Source of the DNA: Octopus bimaculoides | Taxonomy: Eukaryota | NCBI RefSeq assembly: GCF_001194135.2 | Contig: NC_068984.1 | Span: 100,288,451 to 100,352,450 of the forward strand | Length of the DNA: 64,000 nt | Direction: 5' to 3' | In this document: positions 27,450-39,121 of the stretch, in pieces | Numbering within the stretch: position 1 is the stretch's first letter | Layout of the letters: the number at the start of each line of letters is the position of its first letter | The notes under the pieces: model-generated | The model's database searches: none | What the model was told of the DNA's origin: nothing | The model's input: only the letters and a program-made list of their open reading frames with translations | Position numbers and translations under genes: made by a program

Positions 27450-28070
27450 TAAGAGCATATGTGAAATAGATTCTCTCAAATACCCAGAAGGATCCCTAGA
27501 AGTAGATGATAGCTTTTGCTATATGAATTACTGAATTAGCAGTGGAGGAGGTTGTTCCTAAGGCACATAAGCTAGGGTAAGAATGAGTTGGAGCTATTAC
27601 CTCAGCTGGTAACAAAGGGTTTCTCTCACAAAGCGAAGGGCAGATTGTATGATGCTTGCTACATTGTGAGACAAGATTAGGGTGAGGGTCTTGAATGTAG
27701 AACTTTTAGGAAAATCAGAAAGAATTGAAGCAAGCAAATATGCTTCATTAGAAATGTACATGAATGATGAAGTATAAATGAGCTGAAAGGAAATCTGAAT
27801 ACAAGAAGAATCCAAAATGGCTTGCAAGGAGAAGATGGCACTAGTACAAGTATATGATGTGTATGGAGCATGGAAGCTGTAAAAAGTTCAACGCACTCAA
27901 AGTAGATGGAACCTGTAAGAGAGGAAGGCTTGCAAAAACACAGGATCAAGCAGTGAAGACTAGTCTCAGGATGCTGATTCTCATGGAGAAGACAAAGGAA
28001 TGTGATGCTTGGCAACATGTGATGCTGAGAATGTTCCACACTACCCAATCAAGTATAGCAAAATGAAAAT
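27450..28070 (+). mobile_element. Decayed RTE LINE 3' coding fragment
   Basis: Colinear with 37345-37990 (...ctagaagtagatgatagcttttgctat...agaatgagttgg...tgtatggagcatggaagc...gtaaaaag..c...gatggaacctgt...). Confidence 0.75.
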
Positions 28071-30334
28071 TTTAAAAAGTGGTAGAAATGAAGATTAAGA
28101 GGGATATCCACATGTGGGTCCTTCATTCAATGAGTATCTATTATGCCTGCTGTTGCTCCCAAGGTCACTGATAACTTCTCATCTCTCAATCACTCACCTT
28201 CTCTTTTATTTGCTGTTCTCTGCTGTCTGCATAATCAGGAATAGTAATGAATTTGTTCATATTCAGTCTCTCTACTAGTTACTATCCATGTCATTAACTT
28301 TCTTCCCAAGACAGTGTCTATATATAAGGGATCTGATTAGGCATTTTCATAACCATTATACCCTACCATCCCCTTTCTGTACTGCCAGCATCACTTCCTC
28401 TCTCCTAGGCTACATGTTATTGGTATCTATCATCCTCTCTTATTTGCCCATCACTTAATATCCATCACACAATCTCTCCCAATCTTTTACACCAAGCATG
28501 TAGCATCCATCAATGTCACTCTTCCATTATTACCACCTCTATCATCCTCTCAGCCTGGCTCTTCTGTCATCTCTCTCTCTCTCTCTTCATCATGTCACTT
28601 AGCCTTGCAGGGTACAAGACAACCACAATGGGGCTGGTGTCACAATAAAAAGCACTGAGCAGCTCTATAAAGTGGTTGGAATGACAAACCATAGAAACCA
28701 TGTTGATTTTGGAATGTATTTGTGAGCCTGAGTCTCTCATTTCTCTGTAAGGAGGGTGTCCAGCAACTTCAAATAAGAACTGACATAGATTGTAACAACC
28801 TGCTCAGCTCATGGCAGTAACGAAAATAAACAAAAAAATTTATATACATATACACACATACACATACATGCATATACACACACAAACATATACCATCATA
28901 CATTTCCACACATACATATTCACCTACAGGCATGCCCATGCACACACACACACACACACACACACACTCATTGTGGTGCTTACGCATATCCAACTGCTAC
29001 ATAAACCACTTCTAAATACTTTAAGTTTCCTAACTTTATATCTTTCTCTTTATTTTCACGACCACAGCAAGAGTGGACTCCTCTGGCTGTGTAAACAAGG
29101 TCACTTCATTCTCCTTGTACATTTTGATTACTTTATTTTTCAACCCCTGCAGCTTATTTATAACAAAGCTTTATAGCAACCTTTGTCCTTTTTTTTTTTC
29201 CCCCCCCTATACTAGCCAGAGAAGTGTGTCGCCACAGAACTATCTAGATATCCTGGAATGTTGCCATGTATGCAACAACATATAGACACTCAACCTACTC
29301 AAAATAGCAGCCAACATTCCTTCAAATCACAAGGTACAATCTTAGAAAAGGATGTATTGGTTAATGGGGTCTTGAGTGTTCCCTGTACATCGAAAAAGAC
29401 AGGATGACCATGGCTGGAATCTCTTTGCTTGATCAGGTTGACCTGGTGCTAAGCAACGACAACAACAGGGCTATCATTTTTGCAACATTACCAACACCAT
29501 TGCAACTATCATCAAGCAATGCAGAAGTAAAAAATATGGCACTAATCATCGAATTCTCAATGAAAGCAAAATCAGACATTAATAATGTGTATGGTGATGA
29601 CTGAAAAAAACGGTGATGATGTTGACAATGACAAAGATGATGATGATTATAAAGGTAATAACGACAGAGGTGGTGCTTTGCAATATGTGATGATGATAAT
29701 AGCAGTGATGATGATGATGATGACAATGATAATAATAAGGGTGATCATGAAGACGGACTTAATGATGACAGTGATGATGATGATTTTGATCAGAAGGAAA
29801 AGAATTGGAAAAGTTAACTTTTGGAGGCCAGTCTACTTCATTACATTATACTGTTTGTTATTGAGTGTATGTATGTGTGCGAATACATGTCAGTATGTAT
29901 CAGACAGCCAAGAATAGACACACTTGACACAGACTCTAAGTAGCAGTCCAAAGTGTGTATAGAGGCATGCGTATTCGAGTAAACATACACACACTCACTA
30001 CCTCCACCACCTTTATATAAGTCTTGTAGCAAAGTGAACATTAAGGTCTGAGACAAAACTGCCATCACCTGCATACACTTGATGTAATCTTCTGCAAATA
30101 GATTACTGCAAGACTTGCACTCATTCAACTGTTCAATTAATTATGACAATTTACTCTACTTAACACACAGAGGGAACTTCTGGGTAGTTACTTGACTTGC
30201 TAAATGTTGTGACTAAATCCCCTTGTCTTAAAAATTGGAGATAACACTAGGAAAGAAACCGAAACAGTACCAATGCATTCAGGAAAGCAACCGTACCTCT
30301 TTAAAATAGGACCACATTTTGTATCTTATTTCTT

Positions 30335-31285
30335 ATTTGTTTCAGCCATTTGACTGTGGTCATACTGGAGCATTTGCCTTGAAGGATTTTAGCTGAACAA
30401 ATTGATCCCAGGACTTATTTTTTTAAAACTTAGTACTTATTCTATCAGTCTCTTTTGCCAAACTGCTAAGTTATGGGAATGTAAACACACAAACAGTTGT
30501 CAAGAGATGGTGGGGGACAAACACAGACACATCATCATCATCATCGTTTAACGTCCGCTTTCCATGCTAGCATGGGTTGGACGATTTGACTGAGGACTGG
30601 TGAAACCGGATGGCAACACCAGGCTCCAGTCTGATTTGGCAGAGTTTCTACAGCTGGATGCCCTTCCTAACGCCAACCACTCAGAGAGTGTAGTGGGTGC
30701 TTTTACGTGTCACCCGCACGAAAACGGCCACGCTCGAAATGGTGTNNNNNNNNNNNNNNNNNNNNNNNNNNNNNNNNNNNNNNNNNNNNNNNNNNNNNNN
30801 NNNNNNNNNNNNNNNNNNNNNNNNNNNNNNNNNNNNNNNNNNNNNNNNNNNNNNNNNNNNNNNNNNNNNNNNNNNNNNNNNNNNNNNNNNNNNNNNNNNN
30901 NNNNNNNNNNNNNNNNNNNNNNNNNNNNNNNNNNNNNNNNNNNNNNNNNNNNNNNNNNNNNNNNNGGTTCCCTCAACTGTTAGGGTGTGGCACTTTTTCA
31001 CGCAGCTATCCTCCTCCATTCTCACCACATGTCCATACCAGCGCAATCGTCTCTTGCACGCCACAACTGATGCTTCTAATGTTCAGCTTTTCTCTCTCTC
31101 TATATATATATATATAAATATAAGGCTTCTTTCAGTTTCTGTCTACCAAATCCACTCACAAGGCTTTGGTTGGCCCAAGGCTATAGTAGAAGACACATGC
31201 CCAAGGTGCATGCAGTGGGACTGAACCTGGACCCATGTGGTTAAGAAGCAAGCTTCTTATCACACAACCATGTCTGCACCTATTG
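30335..31285 (-). mobile_element. SINE family A split by a nested RTE insertion (3' part 30335-30530, head 31125-31285)
   Basis: The two halves are complementary parts of the family A consensus, separated at the internal microsatellite. Confidence 0.8.
30531..31085 (-). mobile_element. Young 5'-truncated RTE LINE 3' end (ORF C-terminus plus 3'UTR, interrupted by a gap) nested in a SINE
   Basis: 30966-31064 encodes ACKRRLRWYGHVVRMEEDSCVKKCHTLTVEGT (RTE C-terminal RLRWYGHVxRM motif). 30531-30745 is the CpG-rich 3'UTR with the (GAT)n tail. Confidence 0.88.
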
Positions 31286-31997
31286 TATGATCATTTTGGC
31301 AAAATGTTTCACACCTATTTCCTTACAGCTTTATTAAAGCATGACCGCTGTGGTCTTGCATGAAAGAAACAGTTAAATTTCTGTTTCATAGTTAGATGTA
31401 GAGTAATTCTGTTAAGATCTGGGAGGAAACACTTTCCTCAAAATCAAGAGGATGAACACTTTCACCAACATCTGATGGGAAATGAAGTGGGGAAGGTGCA
31501 CTTTTGTCGAAATCTGGAGAGGGAAACACTAGTTTCATTGAGATTAACCATTTCCAGTAATGATTTTTCTTAATCCTTGACTGACTATAAAAATGTGTAG
31601 TGGTGATGGTAAGGAAATACTAAAATGTGAAGTAATGATAATGAATCTTTTTTTTTTTTTCTTTTCACAAATTCAGAATCAAAGTAACTGGCAATGAAAT
31701 GGATTCAGCTAGGGAATGAAATCATTACAGACTCAAAACTAGCAGAGGTTTCATCTTTTCTCCATAATTGTCAAGTTCAATGGTGATAATATTAACAATG
31801 ACAATCATAATGATGATAAAAGACTAAGATCAGAACGGTGATAATGACAATGAAGAATAAGATAAAATCTATTACTTTTTCCTTTTCAATTTTTGTTTTC
31901 TTTTTTAAGTAAACACAAATACAATTGAGTATTCTTTGGGTGAATATGAGTTACAATTCATAATACCTCACTGTCATGCAGTTCACCTCAACATATA

Positions 31998-32318
31998 GAG
32001 CAAGTGTCTTCTACTATAGCCTCGGACCGACAAAAGCCTTGTGAGTGGATTTGGTAGACAGAAACTGAAAAGAAGCCTGTCGTATATATATATATATGTA
32101 TGTGTGTTTGTGTGTCTGTGTTTGTCTCCCCAACATCGCTTGACAACCGATGCTGGTGTGTTTACGTCCCCCGTAACTTAACGGTTCGGCAAAAGAGACC
32201 AATAGAATAAGTACTAGGCTTCCAAAGAATAAGTCCTGGGGTCGATTTGCTCAGCTAAAGGCGGTGCTCCAGCATGGCCACAGTCAAATGACTGAAACAA
32301 GTAAAAGAGTAAAAGAGT
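31998..32318 (+). mobile_element. SINE family A, 5'-truncated
   Basis: gagcaagtgtcttctactatagcctcgg...gtccccgtaactta.cggttcggcaaaagagacc...gactgaaacaagtaaaagagtaaaagag. Confidence 0.9.
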
Positions 32319-33975
32319 ATATACACAAACACAGAACCTTAATTACATGATCTACTCTCCACCCCATTGATTCTAGGTCTTTCTACTCTGCCACTGTTAA
32401 AAGAATAAATCAAATTAAAAGCAGCAAAAAAAAATTGAAAGTTACAATGCATGAAACAGTGTCATTGTGAGTGATCTGGTGATGCCAAACATATCTGACT
32501 AAACAAGATGTAACCAACTATAATATGAGAGGAAACACACATACACAGGATACACAGCTACATACACACACACACAGACATAAGTATATAAAACACACAC
32601 ACACACAGTCTTCCTGCATGTAACAGAAGCTACAGAGTTGAGTTAAATCACTGGGCCTGGGGTTTGTTAGTTTGGGCAAATTTTGGTAAATGAAGACTAT
32701 TTGTGAAACAAAATGGAAATGGTTCTGCTAATGGCACACACATACACAGGCAATCTAACACACACACATAATCCTATGTACATAAATAGAAGCAGAGATA
32801 CATACACAAACACACACACAACTGCTGCACACATTTGTTTATATCTCTAAATATAGAACAATGACCTTTTTTTTTCTTTTTGTTGTTATAATTAATCTAC
32901 AAAATATCTACAATGAATTAGCTGCACATTATACTTTGCACCATCATGCACCAAGCAAATACACCTTCCCCATCTGCAATCCAGTCACCAACCAAGCCTT
33001 TTATTATAAATCGACAAAAAAAAAAGAGAAAAAAAAACAGACTGGGCAGCAAAACATATGTAAACATGTGTAAACTGCTTCACAACCATGCTACATAGGG
33101 TTTTTATCCATGTGATAAAGCATGGTCTTTTTTCCCCCCCAACAACATGCAAGCATGGTAAATTGCTAACACAGCTTCCTAAACCACATACCTTGACACT
33201 GCAACATTGGTACGTTGCTTGCTTGCACTGATACACAGTGGTTGGCAGCATAAGAGGTCAACAGCTTTATACACTGGGTATGCAGTGGTTAATTAAGCTG
33301 TGTGTAGAGTCCATTGTAATACAGGGGTGGGGAGGCAATCGAGTCAGTTTCTGATTGCTGCATTTCCCTGCTTACAACCAACTACTGCATAACAATTTAG
33401 TGTGATTTCCAATTCAAAATAGGAACTCAGTAGATCAAAAGTACTGAACTTCTTGGTGGCTTCAAAACAATGAAATCAGCAATTTCCACAACACTAGCAC
33501 ACTGTGCATTGTGCCATAGAGTGATTTTGTTACAGGAATGCAGTGTGACAAGGATATTACTAAGGAAGTCTATGGCTGCCACACTTTACTTCTCATGAAT
33601 AACCAGTGCAAGGCAGAATGTGCATTTCAACATATTTGAAGTTTTGTATTTAAGGGTTACTTCTAAGCAACCTCTATGTTATAGGTGTAGTCATGCAGAA
33701 TGAGTAAGAGCACTTTGACACTGCCAGAGGCTACACCCTAAACAAGTAATCTACCATTGCATGACAGAATGTACAATGTAACTCTAGACCAGACTGAGGT
33801 GTAGTATATCCAAGGTCATGGCCCTATGATGTTATTCCCCCTAGAGAATTAATCAACTGCTTTTCTACGTATACCCCAGCAGAGCTGACCAAGTAGTTCC
33901 TAAAAGACAACTTAGCACCCAATGAAACCAAAAATTTTTTTAAAAAATCAACAAACAATAAATAGGAAAACTTAC

Positions 33976-33990
33976 CACGTCATTTAAGGT
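33976..33990 (-). CDS. Microexon (15 nt TLNDV; 18 or 21 nt with the upstream AAG acceptors), phase 0-0
   Basis: Minus strand reads tatatttcttttccttgtttt-AAG-AAG-CAG|ACC TTA AAT GAC GTG|gtaagt: strong pyrimidine tract and perfect donor. It joins in frame to give ...FLPK-TLNDV-AMMEGRLLPGG. Confidence 0.62.
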
Positions 33991-34925
33991 CTGCTTCTTA
34001 AAACAAGGAAAAGAAATATATAAGTATATTTATTATACAGTAGACACCATATTCATCTATTACTTTTGAAAAGCTAATGTAGGAGGCCCATACTACAGAA
34101 AGGAGCTTACTCCGACTTCCTTAGCATTAAATGAGTAACAGACATGCCAGCTTGTCTTTCAAGTTTCCAACCCCACAAAGTTAGCAAGCCAAATATAATC
34201 ACCTTCTTCAGAGGGAGTGGGTTCTACTGATGATCAAACCACAATGGTCATCACACAACTTACCAAACCTGCTTCATCATAATCTACCTCATTTGAGGTA
34301 GGGATGAACAGTCTTGCTGTTATGAGTGAGATGTTAAAGAGAAGCGTGAGCAGGTACCCTCCAAATTACTTGTACCTTATATCTACATCTGATGATCAGT
34401 ATAGAGCTGAGGAAGACTATGAAGCCACTCAGCCTGCTACAAATAGCAGCTAAATCTTCCTCCAGCATCAGATGTGAGAAACTATGCAGTTATTTCACCT
34501 GTACAGTTTTCCACAGCCAAATCCTCTTCAAATTACTGTCTTAAATGAATGAAATACCACAGACAATGTAGTAATGTAGTGAAAGATAGACAGACAAAAT
34601 GTTTACAGTTGGAATGCCTCACATTAAAGTGCTGCGGGATCAAGGCAGACATCAGGTTAAACAATAACATCTGCTGGGATATTGGGAGGATTCTGGGACC
34701 ACTACTTCCACCCTTTCACACCTGTACCAACCAGTGGCGAGGATTTTGTTACTACAAATAAGACAGCATAGGACTCATCATCCCATTTACATATGAATGA
34801 ATGCCTTTTACATATGAATGAACCACCATCCTACCGAGCGACGCCCAGGTAACCAATACTGATCACATTATTTTCTATAAACTTATACTGTTATTGCTAA
34901 CTATGTCAAATGTAGCTTTCCTTAC

Positions 34926-35043
34926 CTTTGGTAGAAAAACTGAATTTGGGGAAAGATGTCTTTTTTTTCGTTTTGTTTTCCTATTTTTAATGTTTATATC
35001 ATTATCATTATTATCAAAACTGATCTTGCTATTGCTCTTGTCA
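34926..35043 (-). CDS. Coding exon (118 nt, phase 2-0; alternative acceptor at 35066): DKSNSKISFDNNDNDINIKNRKTKRKKRHLSPNSVFLPK, with an NLS-like basic cluster
   Basis: Consensus donor AAG|gtaagg, acceptor aataatcttcag|, open frame ending in phase 0, and composition like the large exon. The 5' boundary is less certain than the donor. Confidence 0.6.
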
Positions 35044-36769
35044 CTGAAGATTATTAATTGTCTTATCTATCATTGAAACAACCAATGAAATGACTGATGG
35101 CAGTGCCCATTTTACAGCTTGGCAGTCTGGGGTAAGCAGAGTGATGTTGCCGTTGATTAACCCAAATCTGTTCTATTTTAAGCAAATCAATTGCACAAAA
35201 TTAACCCATCAAAGTAGCAAGTGTGCAGTACATTAGTTATAGGATGTTTTGAACATATGACCTTGCAATCAGCAGTTAAATGCATAAATTCCCACAACCA
35301 CCTCATTTGTTCCTCATTAGCTTGAGCTTGACGGTATATGATCATAAAACGATATCCCACCATATATATTAAATCCTGAAAGACCCCTCAAGAGTTAGGG
35401 CTTAGAGATAGTTTCTCAGAAGGAATTAACTATAAGATTATGCATCTTTTAGGAAATGATGCCAATAACTCCATTTCAAACCCTTAAAGCTCATATTCTA
35501 CCTAACTCTTTACAAAAGGGTACCACTTGCTTAAAACCCCAGTCAGATTCTTAGGGAGAGGGTGTTTATTGAAGTTTAAGGTCCTTTTATTGAATCAAGT
35601 TTAGAACAGACCATTGTATTTCTATAAAATCACAAGGATAAAACAGTAGTCTTACAAGTTAAGTTTCTTTAGCCACCACAAGAACCGACTAACACAGTTT
35701 TATCCATGAAAGCAGAGTTAATTCTCTTGCACAATGTTTATGACACATATAATAATCTGCAGCAGAATAAAAACATTCACTGGGCACACAAGGTATAAAG
35801 TCTTTGTGATGTGCATTGACATGTTAACACACACACACACACACACACTTATGCCACTCTCAAGCCAGATGAACTCATTAACATGATTTAATTAACAACA
35901 GTATTTTAATTAAATATCCTATTTAAAACCTACATTCAAAAGTCTAACACAGACCTGGACATTGTTATATTCCATATCCTTCAATTAACAAGTCAGTTGT
36001 GATCAGCTGGTTGAGCCTTTTGCTGAGCTGACATTTAGTGTTCATGAATGTATATACTATACATCCATTCACATATTTTGTATACAATTGTGTGAAGCAG
36101 GTCAACAAATTAAAACAAAAGCAGAATGACCTAAGAGTGCTTACAAAGGACAACAATTTTCCCCTCATTCCTAACCCAAATATAATAATAGTAGTTTCAA
36201 ATTTTGGAACAGGGCCAGCAATTTAATACTTCCAGTTAGGCCCATGCATGCCAAATGGAGTTCACACTGTTGTCAATCAGGGATCAAGTCTGAGAATCAA
36301 TTTCTCTCTTCCTTCCACCACCAATCTTGGTGGCTTCAAACAAGGTCAACAACGCTGCCCTTCTTTCGCTGACAAAGCCAACAGTACTTTGTGATTTGAA
36401 TTCAAATCCTGCCATATGTAAAGTTAACTGCACTGTTTACCCTTCTGGGGGTCAACAAAACAAAAGCCAGTCAGGTACTGGGGCCACTTTAATGCATTAT
36501 GTCTAGCTTACCCTCTCCACATATGTTGTAGAATTGGATATACAATAGAAATCCAGATTGCTGAGTCAACAATTTGACATATTTAGAGAGAAGAGCTAGC
36601 AACCCCTATGTTCAGCATATTACATATTCCATGCTGTATGTAATCCGTTATTGAAATCCTCTCAGAAACACACACACACACAATTCAATGACTGTTTGAA
36701 TTCAACTTAAATTGCAGTAATTGTCTAGCTCAAGGTTAGATTCAAATGAGCAAACCTATATAATCAAAG

Positions 36770-37990
36770 CCATTCCAGCTGTGACCATCCTGTTTCGGAG
36801 AAAGCCTTGGACAGGGCCCCCAACTCCCTTATCTGATGGGCAGTGTGGAAGCTAGGGATAGATGAGTGGTTGGTAAGAGCTGCACAAGCCATGTACAATG
36901 ATGCTGTTAGCAAGGTGAAAATCAGCAATGAGTAGTATAGCAACAAATTTAGTGTACAGGTAGGAGTTCACCAAAGACTGGTTCTCAGCTCCCTTCTTGT
37001 TTTTCATAGCCCTCCAGGCTATAACACAAGAATTTCTGACTGCCCTTGAGAGCTCCTCTATGCTGATGACCTTGTTCTTATAGCAGAATCACTACCAAAC
37101 TAGAGAAGAAATTTCAAGTGTGGAAAGAAAGTCTGGAATCAAAGGGTCTTAGAATTAATTTACCAAAGACTAAAGTCCTAGAAAGTACAACAGACAATTA
37201 CTAGTCCCTTCAGGGAGGTGGCCCTGTTCGATACATAGAAGAAAGGGTATAGGTAGAAATTCCATACAGTGTACCCAGTGCAAGCCATAGATACATAAAA
37301 GGTGTAGTGGTATCACAAGAAGATTAACAGAGAAAGTAGTCAATAAACACTAAGAATGTAGAGAAAATAGACTTCCACAAATGTACAGAGAGGTCCTTAG
37401 AAGTAGTAGATAGCTTCTGTTATCTAGGTGACCAAGTTGGCAGAGGAGGAGGATGCTCTGAAAGAGTTGCTTGAAAAAGAATGGGCTGGGCAAAGTTCAG
37501 AGAGTTCTACCTCTGTTGGTGAAAAAGGGCCTCTCGCTTAGAATGAAAGGCAGTGTATGTTGCCTGTGTTTGGACAGTTATGCTACATGACAGTGAATCG
37601 TGGGCTGTGACTGCAGAGGACACCTGAAGACTTGAAAGGAAATGAAGCCAATATGCTCTGCTGGATGGGTAACATCAGTGTGCATATACAATAGAGTGTA
37701 AATGATTTAAGAGAAAAATTGAGTATAAGCAGCATCAGATGTAGCATATAAGAGAGAAGAGTGTGCTGTTATGGTCGTGTGGTGCATATGAATGAGGACA
37801 GCTGCATAAAGAAGTGCTGATCTCTAATTGTGGAGGGAACCTGTGGAAGGGGTGGACCCAGCAAGATGTGGGATGAAGTGGTGAGAAACGATCTTCAGAT
37901 GTTGAACCTTACTGGGGAGATTACAAGGGACTGAAACTTCTAGCAATTTGCTGTGCTTAAGAAAACAAGTCAAGCTAAGTAAAATTGTAG
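36770..37990 (+). mobile_element. RTE-clade LINE, about 1.2-kb RT-to-3' fragment with stops and frameshifts
   Basis: Reads EKA(L)DRAP...GIDEWLVRAAQAMYNDAVSKVKI...VQVGVHQ...ELLYADDLVLIAES (YADD at about 37059), then a Cys-rich module, then LEVVDSFCYLGDQVGRGGGC. Confidence 0.93.
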
Positions 37991-38554
37991 CATGTCCTTT
38001 ACAGACATGTTCTCCACCACCACCACCACACACACACACACTATCTTTCTTCTATCAAAACTTCTCCACAACCCATTTTTCCAATATCCCTACCACTCAC
38101 TGCAGGCCCCTCCAGTTTCCCTTACACACATCACCTACTAAAACACCCCCACCATTCTCCCACATGTGCCTATCCGCACACTCTCCATCCTTCAATTTTT
38201 CTCCACCCCCACTCCAATTTCTCTCACCATCACTTGCTACAGTCATATCTTCCTCATTGAGAATCCCCCTCTATCCCCTCTGTACTACTTATACTCTCTC
38301 CAACTGTTCCCTGTGGGAAGGCCCCAATACTTTTCCAACAACATCTATTTCTCTCTCTCTGACTGTCTCTCTATCTTTCTCTCTAACAGTCTTCCACCTT
38401 CTCTTTCCTTGTCCTAGTGGGGTTGCCAAGTATCTCAATAGTAAGACAACTATTTCCGTCCCTCTATTATACTCTAACCTCTCACCTGGCACACAGCGAC
38501 TTCCCTCATTTCCACTCTCTTTGTCAGCAGACAGGCCTCTGTCTTGCAAACTAC

Positions 38555-38785
38555 TTCGTGACCCCACTGGTGCTGGTGCCATGTAGAAAGTACCTGTGCT
38601 GGTGCCACATAAAAAGCGCCCAGTACACTCTGCAAAATAGTTGGCCTTAAAAAGGGCATCCAGTCACAGAAACCTTGCCAAAACAGACAAGTGAAACCTG
38701 GTGCAGCTCCCCAACTCTTGTCCAAATGTCCAACCCATGCCAGCATGGAAAACAGATGTTAAATGATGATTATGATGATAATGAC
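38555..38785 (+). mobile_element. RTE-tailed SINE-like element (family D), older copy; many decayed copies elsewhere (about 9410-9545, 22190-22400, 25550-25900, 50370-50580, 61820-61950)
   Basis: gctggtgccacataaaaagcgcccagtacactctg...aagggcatccagtc...ccaacccatgccagcatggaaaacagatgttaaatgatgat, with the same tail as the young RTE ends. Confidence 0.75.
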
Positions 38786-39042
38786 ACAATGAAACTAGAA
38801 GTACTTAATCTAACATGCCCCCTTCTTTTTATTCTCTTTCTTTTTTAAGACAGTAAATTGTGATTTGAGAGAGATTTAGTCACTATTTCTGGCATGATGA
38901 ATAATTACATAGTAGCCCTCTGACTCAAAGTACATTGAAGCCAAAATATTTGGTTTATTTGGAAAGATTCTGCACTTTTGCACTGACTACTTCATCAGTG
39001 CATGGTATCTAAACAAGACACTAGCAGCACTGTTCTTCTTAC

Positions 39043-39121
39043 CAAGCATGCATCTAATGATTGCTGGCAGACTGAAAGCTGGCTTTTCTTAAGACGTTCC
39101 TGCTAAGATGAATTTGCTGTT
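39043..39121 (-). CDS. Putative start-codon exon: 5'UTR plus ATG CAT GCT TG (ATG at 39053, MHA...)
   Basis: Acceptor cctcacattttatttttag| and donor TTG|gtaaga. All three frames contain stops, but TAG is followed directly by ATG and the exon ends in phase 2, matching exon 35043 (giving MHACDKSNSK...). Inference from splice phase only. Confidence 0.42.

Noticed and set aside
36145-36170. 26-nt exon-like segment (ttag|GAATGAGG...CCTTT|gtaagc)
   Set aside because: The acceptor comes from a SINE tail with a poor pyrimidine tract, and the segment is not needed for the phase-consistent model.
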